Virus record (IMG/VR): IMGVR_UViG_3300020045_010174
Span: 678-64,677 of that record
Direction: 5' to 3' (one strand)
From: a virus
DNA: 64,000 bases
A program made the position numbers and the translations under genes. Below, in pieces: positions 20,629-30,207 of this stretch. Position 1 is the first letter of the stretch. Each line of letters begins with the position of its first letter. Below the pieces are notes generated by a model. That model worked only from the letters and a program-made list of their open reading frames with translations. It was not told the DNA's origin and ran no database searches.

Positions 20629-20985
20629 ATGAAAGCGTTGGTAGTAATGGTAGCATTGATAGGTATATTGTTTTGGAATCTACCCGCTACCAACTCATCA
20701 TTTAAAGGACAGCATTCCTTCTACACCGAAGTAGATTGTACCAAGTGTCACTTAGAACAAACCAATTATCTAACCCATACATCAACACTCAACCATACAA
20801 TGACCTGTAAGATATGTCACCCGCAAGATAGAATGTCATCTCACTCAGCAAGGAGAGGATCATGTTATGTTTGTCACTATACTATTCCTTCTGTTGTTCC
20901 TTCTACTGTGCTTGTGGATGCGGGGGTCACCGAAACTCTTACAGTTAATAGCGACCCAATACAAATTCAAACCAGCCCAACTTGA
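20629..20985 (+). CDS. small triheme c-type cytochrome, paralog of the 17869 N-terminus
   Basis: 'LPATNSSFKGQHSF' parallels 'LPATMSLFAGQHSF'. Heme motifs CTKCH, CKICH, CYVCH. Confidence 0.7.
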   Translation: MKALVVMVALIGILFWNLPATNSSFKGQHSFYTEVDCTKCHLEQTNYLTHTSTLNHTMTCKICHPQDRMSSHSARRGSCYVCHYTIPSVVPSTVLVDAGVTETLTVNSDPIQIQTSPT

Positions 20986-21025
20986 AAAGGATACTCGCAA
21001 AGAGGATTGGATCATCTTAATAATA

Positions 21026-21505
21026 ATGATCACCCTCATTATAATACTGGGTGTTAAACTAATAACACTGCAGGTTATAGTATCCGATAGTATGAAGCCC
21101 GAATTCCAACGTGGTGATATCATAGTATCCCAATCAATTGATCTCAATGTTTCAGTTGGGGACATCATCACATTCAATACAATCAGTAGTCAATACGCAG
21201 TCACACATAGAGTTATAGAAATCAGAGATGATAGAATCATAACCCGCGGTGATGCTAATCCCTGGAACGATGACTACTACACCACAAACAAAGATGTAAT
21301 ATTCAAAGCTATAAATCTTTCCGGCCCCATCGTAATTAAAAACCTCGGTGGATTCTTCATAACAGATTACAGTAAGCAGGGAATGATTTATAAGTTTGGA
21401 GACCAGTACACCTTCATGCAAAATCTATCAGCCACAATTAAAGTGTGGGGTAGATTGATTACATTAATAGCAATAGTAATATACATTCTTTCTATGAAGA
21501 GGTGA
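21026..21505 (+). CDS. signal peptidase I, ER/archaeal (Sec11-like) type
   Basis: Box B 'SDSMKPEFQRGDIIV', box C 'GDIITF', box D with His 'THRVIE', box E 'GDANPWNDD'. The six-frame ORF begins at 20867 but would overlap the cytochrome by 118 nt, so the internal ATG at 21026 is preferred. Confidence 0.65.
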   Translation: MITLIIILGVKLITLQVIVSDSMKPEFQRGDIIVSQSIDLNVSVGDIITFNTISSQYAVTHRVIEIRDDRIITRGDANPWNDDYYTTNKDVIFKAINLSGPIVIKNLGGFFITDYSKQGMIYKFGDQYTFMQNLSATIKVWGRLITLIAIVIYILSMKR

Positions 21506-21508
21506 GTT

Positions 21509-22255
21509 ATGAAACTACAAAGTATCTGTTCAATAATACTTGGAGGCATCATAGGTATAGCAGGCACAGTATCCCTTGTGATTGATATCCTTACCATGCT
21601 TGAACCAATGAAACTATTAATAGATATGGTAGTCATGATTATGGGATTCCTCACCGCATATCAGGGACTCACAGCACATCTCTTCGAGACGATGCTTAAG
21701 AATAAGATGGAAGCAGAGTGGGATTATAAAATGAAACCACTCATTGATCTCATAACAATTACCGCTGGTAAAGTAAATAGTCTTGAGGAAAATGCCCTTG
21801 AAACAAATCTAAAGGTATCTCATACATTAGATCAGTTGAATAATAATAGGATTGAGAACATTGATATCATACCGGGTGCATCATTCAAGTTTATTATTAA
21901 GTCAATGATGCTCTTGACATTTACATTCTCCGCACTGGTATTCGTTAGTGAATATCCCCTAGGAATAATACATTACTTCCTTACTGTATTATTTGTAGCG
22001 TGGTTCGCACTCATAACTTCCGAATATAAGTTGTGGGGAAATACAAATGCAATGGTGATAGGTGTCATGCCTGTCCTGATAGTACCAACACTGGCAATGC
22101 TACTCGATACATTAATAGGAATCAATAACATGATTGGTCTAATGTTTGTATGTCTCTTTATATATACTTATAGTTATTATACATGGGCATCATATACAAC
22201 AACAGGTTATCAACTCATCAGCCTGAAACCAATCAAGCAATTACTTCGGAGGTAA
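21509..22255 (+). CDS. polytopic membrane protein, hypothetical
   Basis: 248 aa with multiple hydrophobic helices. Confidence 0.5.
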   Translation: MKLQSICSIILGGIIGIAGTVSLVIDILTMLEPMKLLIDMVVMIMGFLTAYQGLTAHLFETMLKNKMEAEWDYKMKPLIDLITITAGKVNSLEENALETNLKVSHTLDQLNNNRIENIDIIPGASFKFIIKSMMLLTFTFSALVFVSEYPLGIIHYFLTVLFVAWFALITSEYKLWGNTNAMVIGVMPVLIVPTLAMLLDTLIGINNMIGLMFVCLFIYTYSYYTWASYTTTGYQLISLKPIKQLLRR

Positions 22256-22617
22256 TATGATGGAAGATATACTGCAAAGAAGTATTGAGGAAAGAAATCA
22301 TCACACAACTTATCATGTAGTTCATTTGGGTGGGGGTAAGTATGTAATCCTAAATAGATTTTCACCACACTTGAAACCAGGTTGGTGATAACAAACCATT
22401 CCCCGATGTCAAGATTGGGGATGTGGTATAGCGATATAGATATCGTGTAGTAAAATTCGGAGGTAAAAATATGAGCTTAGTAAAACATCTATGGATGGAC
22501 ATCGTTCCACAAACAACACATAAAGCAAGAAAATATATACCATCGTATGAAACAAGACTCAAGAAAGCAGAGGCTAATGTGGCCAGACGAATGGCCAAGG
22601 TTAAGTAAATAGATTTG

Positions 22618-22681
22618 ATGGTGTCAGGTAGACGCGCTGAAACTTTGAGATTACCTGGGTTCAATTCCCGGGCACCATCAT
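22618..22681 (+). other. tRNA-like fragment / truncated tRNA (acceptor + T-arm, no canonical D/anticodon arms)
   Basis: 'atggtgt'...'ctggg-ttcaatt-cccgg'-'gcaccat'-c. Only 28 nt lie between the acceptor and the T-arm, too short for a full tRNA; the internal hairpin is ggta...tacc. Confidence 0.3.
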
Positions 22682-22816
22682 TGTGTGGGAGCCTTGGATT
22701 TCAAATATCCGGGCTCTATTAAAAAGATACGCTCGAGTATATAGGAGTGGTCGCGTGAATCTAATTTTTATGTCCCGCCTTAATAGCAGTCCGCGATGAC
22801 TGCCGTATCTTTTGAA

Positions 22817-22899
22817 GCGAGTATTGCTGAGTGGTCAAAGGCGCGAGACTCAAGATCTCGTCTAGTAGTAGTTCAGGAGTTCGAATCTCCTTACTCGCA
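22817..22899 (+). tRNA. tRNA-Leu(CAA), type II with long variable arm
   Basis: Acceptor 'gcgagta' / 'tactcgc', D-arm 'gct-gagtggtcaaa-ggc', anticodon arm 'cgaga-ctCAAga-tctcg', variable 'tctagtagtagttc', T-arm 'aggag-ttcgaat-ctcct', discriminator a. Confidence 0.65.
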
Positions 22900-22912
22900 T
22901 AGAGGTGATTAC

Positions 22913-23119
22913 ATGGTTAAAGTTGGAGAGGTGTGGGTAAAAGATCCGTGTAAGGAATGGTATTGGGGAGATCATTGTGGTGAACCTGTAATCGTCATGG
23001 GAGTAACGTCCCGTGAAATTTATTATAGATATGTATATATAGATTATAATTATCATTTGGTGGGTATGTTGATGCGAGATGATTTTTTATCTTTCTATAA
23101 ATTGATTAAATCTGTTTAG
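22913..23119 (+). CDS. tandem mini-gene family member A1 (~68 aa, M-V-K-V-G-E-V-W ... Y-R-Y ... KSV)
   Basis: ATG directly after tRNA-Leu, with 'agaggtga' SD; paralogous to the next four ORFs. Confidence 0.6.
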   Translation: MVKVGEVWVKDPCKEWYWGDHCGEPVIVMGVTSREIYYRYVYIDYNYHLVGMLMRDDFLSFYKLIKSV

Positions 23120-23138
23120 ATTATGGAGTGATAATCAT

Positions 23139-23354
23139 ATGGTTCTAGTTGGTCAGATCTGGATGAGAAATCCAAAGATGAAAAATTACTGGGGAGATGA
23201 CGCTGGTAAATTAGTTGTCGTTACTACTCTAACTAATAGCACAGTATATTATAGATATGTGGATTATGAATCCTATGATGAGTTTGTTCACTTCCAGGGG
23301 GCTAGAGAATTAGATGCCTTCATAAAAAGATTCGTATTATATAAAGATGTGTGA
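23139..23354 (+). CDS. tandem mini-gene family member A2
   Basis: 'MVLVGQIWMRNPKMKNYWGDDAGKLVVV...YYRYV...FVLYKDV'. Confidence 0.6.
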   Translation: MVLVGQIWMRNPKMKNYWGDDAGKLVVVTTLTNSTVYYRYVDYESYDEFVHFQGARELDAFIKRFVLYKDV

Positions 23355-23578
23355 GGTATCATATGATTGAACCCGGTCAGATTTGGATGAGAGATCCAGA
23401 GATGAAAATTTATTGGGGAGATGCGGCTGGTAAATTGGTTATCATTATTTCTATACTCGATGACAATATAAGGTATAGATATATATCTTGGTATAATGAT
23501 GAGTCAGATCACCACCACGTGGGGGAGTACAGTAGATTTTCTTTTTTAAGAAAATTTAAATTATATAAAGATGTATGA
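23351..23578 (+). CDS. tandem mini-gene family member A3
   Basis: 'MIEPGQIWMRDPEMKIYWGDAAGKLVII...RYRYI...FKLYKDV'; ATGA overlap with A2. Confidence 0.6.
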   Translation: MRYHMIEPGQIWMRDPEMKIYWGDAAGKLVIIISILDDNIRYRYISWYNDESDHHHVGEYSRFSFLRKFKLYKDV

Positions 23579-23590
23579 GGTGATAATCAT

Positions 23591-23806
23591 ATGGTTAAAG
23601 CAGGGCAGATCTGGGTAAGAGATCCCACGATGGCATATTACTGGGGGGAGGATGTTGGAAAATTAGTCATCATTACCAGTGTATCAACTCATGAGATTAA
23701 TTATAGATATGTTGAACATTCTTGGGAGGATGGATTCAAACATTATATTGGATGCAGACCATTCGATAATTTTCAAAATAGATTTAAATTATATAAAGAT
23801 ATATAA
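23591..23806 (+). CDS. tandem mini-gene family member A4
   Basis: 'MVKAGQIWVRDPTMAYYWGEDVGKLVII...NYRYV...FKLYKDI'. Confidence 0.6.
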   Translation: MVKAGQIWVRDPTMAYYWGEDVGKLVIITSVSTHEINYRYVEHSWEDGFKHYIGCRPFDNFQNRFKLYKDI

Positions 23807-23817
23807 GGTGATATGAC

Positions 23818-24024
23818 ATGGTGAAGGTAGGTGAAGTATGGGAAAAGGTTGATCCAGTGGGGGACTATTGGCAGTATGAGGAATACCCATTAGTAATTGT
23901 TACCAAGGTGACTGAGAATTATGTAAAGTATAGATGTCATGTTACTAATATAGTAGGTCATTATAAAAATATCAGACCACTTAAAGAGTTTGAATCTATG
24001 TTTGCACTACACAAATCCATATAG
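23818..24024 (+). CDS. tandem mini-gene family member A5
   Basis: 'MVKVGEVWEKVDPVGDYWQYEEYPLVIV...KYRCH...FALHKSI'. Confidence 0.55.
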   Translation: MVKVGEVWEKVDPVGDYWQYEEYPLVIVTKVTENYVKYRCHVTNIVGHYKNIRPLKEFESMFALHKSI

Positions 24025-24475
24025 GAGAGAGTATGATAGAACAACTACCAACCAGAAGGGAAATGTTTTTAATAGCCATCGCAATAATACTATACCTGAC
24101 CACAGCTTATACAATGATTGAACCCACTGAGTCTCTTCAAGTGGATGAGGAAATAATATATCTTATTAACCCAAGTGACTATGATGGTATTATTATCAGG
24201 GCACTACCACCCACCTCATACTTGGATGAAGAGAATGTCCTCCGAAGATATGGGAGATGAATATGTGGGGTTGAATACCTATGGTCTCGATACTATAATA
24301 ACCCTCCTCTGGACACATAAAAATAGTACCATAGAGTTATCTTGCTTCGAGGCAAGCAATCCCGATTAAAAGTTACCCCTGTGTAACAGCAGGTTTAACC
24401 GGTGGGATAAAGATACTACGCGCAAAACCTAATCAATACCCCCAAGTCCCACCGTCTTATTTATGAGGTGATAAT

Positions 24476-24946
24476 ATGAAAGTAAGTAAAATAACATTTG
24501 CTATGATTATAATTGCTATAAATATAGCACTATTAATTGCAATAGTATCAACGGATATTGGTGTCAAATCATCCACCACATTATATTATATCAACGACTC
24601 AGATCGACATACTGCAGATTATATCTTAGGGAATACTTATGCAATACATGATGAAAATTTGAGGATGGTTGATACATCGATGACACCATCGATGATTCCA
24701 ACTATTCAACCCGGGCAAAATGTATTGGTAAGTAATAATGTATCTAATATAAATTTGGGTGACATTGTTATTTATAAATATGATGAGAACTTTGCTGCAT
24801 TCCCAACGTCCTATAATTTAATTATACATAGAATCATCTTTATAAATGAAACGCACTTCATAGCGATGGGTGATAATAATTCAATCGATGATGGACTTTA
24901 TCCAAGAAGCGCATTGAAAAGTGTGGTGGTTGCAATTTTATTTTGA
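24476..24946 (+). CDS. second signal peptidase I paralog (ER/archaeal type), N-terminal TM anchor
   Basis: Box B 'DTSMTPSMIPTIQPGQNVLV', box C 'GDIVIYKY', box D 'IIHRIIF' (His), box E 'MGDNNSIDDGLY'. Confidence 0.6.
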   Translation: MKVSKITFAMIIIAINIALLIAIVSTDIGVKSSTTLYYINDSDRHTADYILGNTYAIHDENLRMVDTSMTPSMIPTIQPGQNVLVSNNVSNINLGDIVIYKYDENFAAFPTSYNLIIHRIIFINETHFIAMGDNNSIDDGLYPRSALKSVVVAILF

Positions 24947-25090
24947 GGTGATAACATGAGAATAGAATTATTTGGTAAAGAAGTTGTGGATACATACATG
25001 TCTAATACAGAAGGAGAGTGTGTGGTTATTCTAGGAGTTGTTATCTTTTTAATAATGATGATAGCTCCACTTTGGAAATGGTGGTGAACT

Positions 25091-25537
25091 GTGGTCTTAG
25101 ATATTTTGGTGGGGAAAAAGATAGAAAGAATATTTTTCAATGAATCATATCTTAAATTCCAAACCGATTCGGGATCATTTGTTTTTTATGTAGATGGTGA
25201 TTGCTGCTCACGTTCTATATTTTATGACTTCATTGGTGTTAAAAAATTATTAGAGAATGGAAGAGTGGTATCCATAGATAGTATTGCACTCGATCCAGAT
25301 GATATAAGAGAGAATGAGGATGGGGAAATGCAAGATAAAAAAAGAAGTGATGAAGCTATTAAAGTATACGGTTACAGAATTGTAACGGAAGATCCCACAT
25401 TCGGTCTACTCAGTTCTGTATTTTCATTCCGTAATTATTCTAATGGATACTATGGAGGAAGTCTGGAAGACAATGGTGGAGACAGAGATGTTCAACCGGA
25501 AATATTTGATGATGTTTTTGAGACAGTAAGTGAATAA
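25091..25537 (+). CDS. hypothetical protein (148 aa)
   Basis: ORF; acidic C-terminal half. Confidence 0.45.
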   Translation: MVLDILVGKKIERIFFNESYLKFQTDSGSFVFYVDGDCCSRSIFYDFIGVKKLLENGRVVSIDSIALDPDDIRENEDGEMQDKKRSDEAIKVYGYRIVTEDPTFGLLSSVFSFRNYSNGYYGGSLEDNGGDRDVQPEIFDDVFETVSE

Positions 25538-25917
25538 AAATAATACGAGGTAAAATATGGATAAAAATAACTGTGCATTTGGTCAAGCAATACTTGGTGG
25601 GGACACCATTAAGTTCCCTGTATGTAAAGGCGATTGTCCTGATGACTGTAAATATCATGTGGCTCCAGTAACATTATCATCTAAGAAGGCACGTAAACAA
25701 AACATTATCAAGTGAGGTGATTCGATGGAATTTAGAATGATGATAGCGAGGACATATATGCTTTTCCTTGGGCTACTGATGTTGATATTATATTTTACTT
25801 CAACACTTCCCGACCCCACCCTTACAATACGTTTCAAAATAATATGGGGAGTAATAACTTCAATAGGAACTTCATTCTGTTGGAGTACAGCTATAACATA
25901 AATGGAGGTGAATTGTT

Positions 25918-26187
25918 ATGACTTTATGCGACTGGTATAATGATGTAATGAATTGGATGGATGTGGTGGGAAATAAATTAACAGATGATGATTCCCACCG
26001 CAGAGAAAATGTGAAAGAAATAAATATATTATTAATTCCAATTCATATAGTGGGGTATTTTATATTAGCCTCCATCCTAGTATTAATTATATTGGGTGGT
26101 AGGTGGATTTTAAAATTCTCCACATCAAAGGAAAGTGATGCACACAGAGAAAAATATTTTCAGAGACGGGTGGATTACGATCTATGA
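25918..26187 (+). CDS. small TM hypothetical protein
   Basis: ORF with one strongly hydrophobic helix. Confidence 0.4.
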   Translation: MTLCDWYNDVMNWMDVVGNKLTDDDSHRRENVKEINILLIPIHIVGYFILASILVLIILGGRWILKFSTSKESDAHREKYFQRRVDYDL

Positions 26188-28110
26188 CAGAATCAATCCA
26201 ATTCACTTGTAAAAAATGTGGGCGAGGATATCAATCTCTCCCACAATGTGCCTGTGAGATATGCGGGAATACGATTTTTATTGCGGAGAAAAGAAAAAGT
26301 TTACAGTTAATATAAGAGGTGAAACTATGGCAAGAGCAAATCAAAAATTTAAATCACATAAAAATAAACATGAGATACTTGAAACGAAAAGAAAATCACA
26401 CGGAGGCAAGCCCATCAAAGTTAAAGCGGAGATAGTGGTATGAAGTACATAGCCCGGGCAGGTTCATATGAGGATGGGAATATAATCACCATCCCAGACG
26501 GTTCAATTGGAGTCACCACATTAAAAACTGCATATGAGGGATGCTTATGTGTAACGTGGCTTGAGCCATACGAGAAATGAAACATGAAGCTTATAACGAA
26601 AGAAGAGATAAATGATTACGAGGTGGAGATCGGCCCCGGTGATACTGTTCCCCTATCCACATTAGTACATAAGATGCAAGAACGCATTAGGGCAACAGCA
26701 TTTGAAGTTGATCTCTGGAGAAAATAATGAAAAGATATTGCTTGAAAGATGGAACTATCTTCGATGATGATCCTGCTCGTGAAGGTGGGGAACGATTCAA
26801 GTGTCCAACATGCGCATTAAGAAAAGAAATGCAAGAAGAGATACAGAATCTTAAAGATGAGATTCTTTCTCTTACAATACGTCTCGGAGATATTAAGAGG
26901 TGAAACTATGGTACTTACATACTATGAAGTCTTAAAACGAATTGATGAAATTTTAGTTGCGATCGAGGGGGAAGTGGCAGTTGATCCATACGAATTGATC
27001 CAAGAACTTAGAAATGATATGGTGGCATGATTATGTTTCAAGTCTTAATAGGATGTAATCTTACCAAAGGACATGTGGATCCAAACGCTGGTATGTTCGG
27101 GGTATTACACGAGGGATCATTCCCAAATCTAATACGACATTCTCCTATACTTGCAAGAGATAATACTGAGTGTCATGATAGGAGAACTAACAAATGCAGC
27201 TCCAATTGCAGACATTCAGTCTATGCTATCGCCGGAACAAAACTTTCATTCAGAAATACGGGGGCTCGGATATGAAATTTTCACACATTCTTGGGGGTAT
27301 ATTATGTCATATCATACCACCTACTGCTCTTGTTTTATTATATCTCCATCTGGTTTTACCATATGTGCGTAATGGAAATGATATATTCGCAGCAATACTT
27401 GTTGGGTTAATTGCTTGGATAGTATTATACTTTTCATTTGGTAATACGTGGGGAGAGATAATAGAAGTATATATGAGAGATGATAAGTAATGGATCTCAT
27501 AACCAATCTTATCAATGGAGGATTATTGATACTTTCCTTCATGGCAATAATAATAAATCGAAATAAAAACAGAGATGCGGCGATCTGGGCAACGGTTGCT
27601 TTTCTATCAGTCATACGATTATTATGAAGCTAATTAATTTAAGTGATCAAAGAATATGGGTTGAATTCCAAGGAGAAGATTTTACACAGGATGCAGAAAT
27701 GATTCCCCCCGGTAAAACTATCGAGATCCCAGAAGATTGTGGGGAAATAATAGTGAGGTGAATAGAATGTTTCAAGATGAACGCTCTGTAATTGGAGGTA
27801 TAGTTCATTCACCAGAGATATATATTATGGATCGGATATGTATAAATTGTGGAAAACGATACGGTAATCATTTTGGTGAAATGTGTTGGGAAGAATTTAT
27901 TAAGTTGAAAAGAAGTCCCACACCAACTGTTCCTGTACCCCTGTATTCCCCAACCCAGTGAAGCAACCACATTAAAAGCTGGGGAAGAAACTCGGATCAG
28001 ATCAGCAGGAATGTGTTGATATAAAGGGGTAAGAGAATAAGACACAACATAAATCTGGGGGTACATTGCCCGGGTTAGGGAGTCCCGGGCTTATATTTTA
28101 GGAGGATACT

Positions 28111-28296
28111 ATGTCAGATTATATTGAGGTGGGTGAGATATGGGAAATGAGTGCGGGTGGAAAGTTGATTGGGGTAGTATGTCGTGTCACACACCATGAA
28201 GTTAAATTGAGATTCTCAATGAGTGGGGGACATAGTATGCATAGTGTTTCTATACCTGCATTAAAATCCTGTTATAAGAAGGTATCATATGATTGA
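28111..28296 (+). CDS. tandem mini-gene family member B1
   Basis: 'MSDYIEVGEIWEM...KLRF...KKVSYD'; SD 'taggagga'. Confidence 0.6.
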   Translation: MSDYIEVGEIWEMSAGGKLIGVVCRVTHHEVKLRFSMSGGHSMHSVSIPALKSCYKKVSYD

Positions 28297-28492
28297 GATT
28301 GGAAGTATATGGGAACTGTTTGGTAGAAATCCAACTAACTCCGTCATTGTAATTGTTATATATACAACACCAGAAACTGTTTTTATCAGATTTTTATATA
28401 ATCATGCTGGTGCTATTAGACCCGGGCACGTTACCGCAATGGAATGTATGGATATGTTTTTAAAATACTACCGAGAGGTGACATATGATTGA
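28289..28492 (+). CDS. tandem mini-gene family member B2
   Basis: 'MIEIGSIWELF...VIVIVIYT...FIRFLY...YREVTYD'; 8-nt overlap with B1. Confidence 0.6.
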   Translation: MIEIGSIWELFGRNPTNSVIVIVIYTTPETVFIRFLYNHAGAIRPGHVTAMECMDMFLKYYREVTYD

Positions 28493-28688
28493 AGTTGGTA
28501 GTATGTGGATGTTGGGGAATGGTGTAATCAGCACACCCATGATTGTAATTGTTACTAATGTAACTAACGAATCCATTCATTTTAGATTTTTATATACTAC
28601 CAATTATCATAATGAACCCAGGCATTATATGGCAAGTGAATCTAAGAATGTATTTCTAAGATTTTATAAAGAGGTGACATATGATTAA
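28485..28688 (+). CDS. tandem mini-gene family member B3
   Basis: 'MIEVGSMWML...IVIVTNV...HFRFLY...YKEVTYD'. Confidence 0.6.
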   Translation: MIEVGSMWMLGNGVISTPMIVIVTNVTNESIHFRFLYTTNYHNEPRHYMASESKNVFLRFYKEVTYD

Positions 28689-28866
28689 GATTGGTAGTGT
28701 ATGGGAACTTCCCAATTGGAATCCTCCCCTTTCATTAATAGTAATTGTTACCAACGTTGATAGAGAATACGTTTCAATTAGATATTTATATGATTCACAA
28801 GGTCATTATTCCGGTCGTGAGGAAATGAATAGGTTTTTAAAATATTATGTGGAGTTGATATATTGA
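28681..28866 (+). CDS. tandem mini-gene family member B4
   Basis: 'MIKIGSVWELP...IVIVTNV...SIRYLY'. Confidence 0.6.
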   Translation: MIKIGSVWELPNWNPPLSLIVIVTNVDREYVSIRYLYDSQGHYSGREEMNRFLKYYVELIY

Positions 28867-29243
28867 CACCGGAAGAAGAGAGAACTCTTGCATTAAGAAT
28901 ATTAAATGATCTTCTCGAGTTCAAAGGATTCGTGAGATCAATTAATATTAATTTTAAAACCAATTTATTTTTTAATTTTGAGTGGTGTTATTGGATAGAA
29001 TATTCCAGCAGATCAACTCGAGATATTAAAATCTTTACCCATTATAAAACAAATCGATTGGGATTTGTAAATAAATTTATAGAATCTTATAGTGATGCCA
29101 TACTTAGTTTAAAAAACGAGATTAGACCAACGTGTTCTATAGAACCACAATATGCAGAAATGCTTAAAGATGTTCATACTGATTCCCTTTTTGTTGCCAT
29201 ACCAAATTTAGATGAACCATTAATATGTGACTACCGAAGTTAG
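28863..29243 (+). CDS. hypothetical protein (126 aa) interrupting the B arrays
   Basis: ORF overlapping the B4 stop. Confidence 0.45.
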   Translation: MTPEEERTLALRILNDLLEFKGFVRSININFKTNLFFNFEWCYWIEYSSRSTRDIKIFTHYKTNRLGFVNKFIESYSDAILSLKNEIRPTCSIEPQYAEMLKDVHTDSLFVAIPNLDEPLICDYRS

Positions 29244-29424
29244 AATAAGATGTAGGAGGTAAATATCATGTGTATAAAATATAATGGAAGTAAACACCCA
29301 TCGTTATTTGCATGGTATTTTTTTAATCATACCTCCAGATTAGCCAGAGATAGCGGTATTAAATTATTGATGCGAGTAAGTAAATACAAATTTGAATTCA
29401 ACTTTACTGTTGAAAAGGTGAAGT

Positions 29425-29628
29425 ATGATTAAGGTGGGGGATTTGTATAGGAAGAGTGGATCCAGATGGACAGATGATAAAGATGATATTGTAGTTATTG
29501 CAGAAGTTTCAGGTGACTGGTTAAGATATCGTTATATTACTTCGGGAGATGATTCCTATCATTCTCATAGTGGACGTTGGTCATTCGAAGGATTTAATAG
29601 AGAATTTACGAAGGTGACATATGATTAG
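29425..29628 (+). CDS. tandem mini-gene family member B5
   Basis: 'MIKVGDLYRK...IVVIAEV...RYRYI...FTKVTYD'. Confidence 0.6.
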   Translation: MIKVGDLYRKSGSRWTDDKDDIVVIAEVSGDWLRYRYITSGDDSYHSHSGRWSFEGFNREFTKVTYD

Positions 29629-29824
29629 GGTTGGAGATATCTATCAAAAGGTTGGGAAAGGTAGGTGGGGTGATGAAGAGAATGATTTAGTGGTCATTGT
29701 ATGGTCCACACCTTTACAAATAAGATATCGTTATATTGATAGGGCATCACATGATCATCAACTAAGTTCTAGCTGGGATCTCAAATCATTCGATAGATGG
29801 TTTAGAGGGGTGAAATGTGATTAA
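29621..29824 (+). CDS. tandem mini-gene family member B6
   Basis: 'MIRVGDIYQK...LVVIVW...RYRYI...FRGVKCD'. Confidence 0.6.
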   Translation: MIRVGDIYQKVGKGRWGDEENDLVVIVWSTPLQIRYRYIDRASHDHQLSSSWDLKSFDRWFRGVKCD

Positions 29825-30017
29825 AATTGGTAGTATCTGGGAGAGAGTATTAACACTCGACAGAAATATACACGTGGGAGATATTGCAATTGTCACGGAT
29901 ATAGTTGGTAATGATATCAAATATCGATTTATGGTACATGAAGGTAATAGACATTTAAATTTCCAAAGATCCCATGAAGAGTTTTTAAATATTTTCAGAG
30001 AGGTGAAGTATGATTGA
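29817..30017 (+). CDS. tandem mini-gene family member B7
   Basis: 'MIKIGSIWERV...IAIVTDI...KYRFM...FREVKYD'. Confidence 0.6.
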   Translation: MIKIGSIWERVLTLDRNIHVGDIAIVTDIVGNDIKYRFMVHEGNRHLNFQRSHEEFLNIFREVKYD

Positions 30018-30207
30018 ACCTGGTAGTGTATGGGAAAGATCGGTTTTTATAGGAGGAATTCCAGCAGGTAGTTTAGTTATAGTTGAGAGGGTTAATAGTA
30101 GAGAGGTTCAATATAGATTTGTAGATGCCGAAGACAACAATCATTCTTATTACAGTAGACATGTTAGCGATTTCCAGAAAAATTTTAAGGAAGTGAAACA
30201 TGTATAA
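30010..30207 (+). CDS. tandem mini-gene family member B8
   Basis: 'MIEPGSVWERS...LVIVERV...QYRFV...FKEVKHV'. Confidence 0.6.
   Translation: MIEPGSVWERSVFIGGIPAGSLVIVERVNSREVQYRFVDAEDNNHSYYSRHVSDFQKNFKEVKHV

Noticed and set aside
20867-21025. Upstream extension of the signal peptidase ORF (start 20867)
   Set aside because: It would overlap the triheme cytochrome gene by 118 nt on the same strand. The internal ATG at 21026 gives a normal TM anchor followed by the catalytic boxes.
22362-22664. Minus-strand 100-aa ORF overlapping the tRNA-like fragment
   Set aside because: It overlaps the two small plus-strand ORFs that carry SD sequences (22257-22388, 22471-22608) and the tRNA-like element; there is no supporting signal.
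22796-23119. 107-aa six-frame ORF starting at 22796
   Set aside because: Its first 39 codons read straight through tRNA-Leu(CAA) (22817-22899). The family-conserved start MVKVGEVW with a 'gaggtga' SD is at 22913, so only 22913-23119 is taken as coding.
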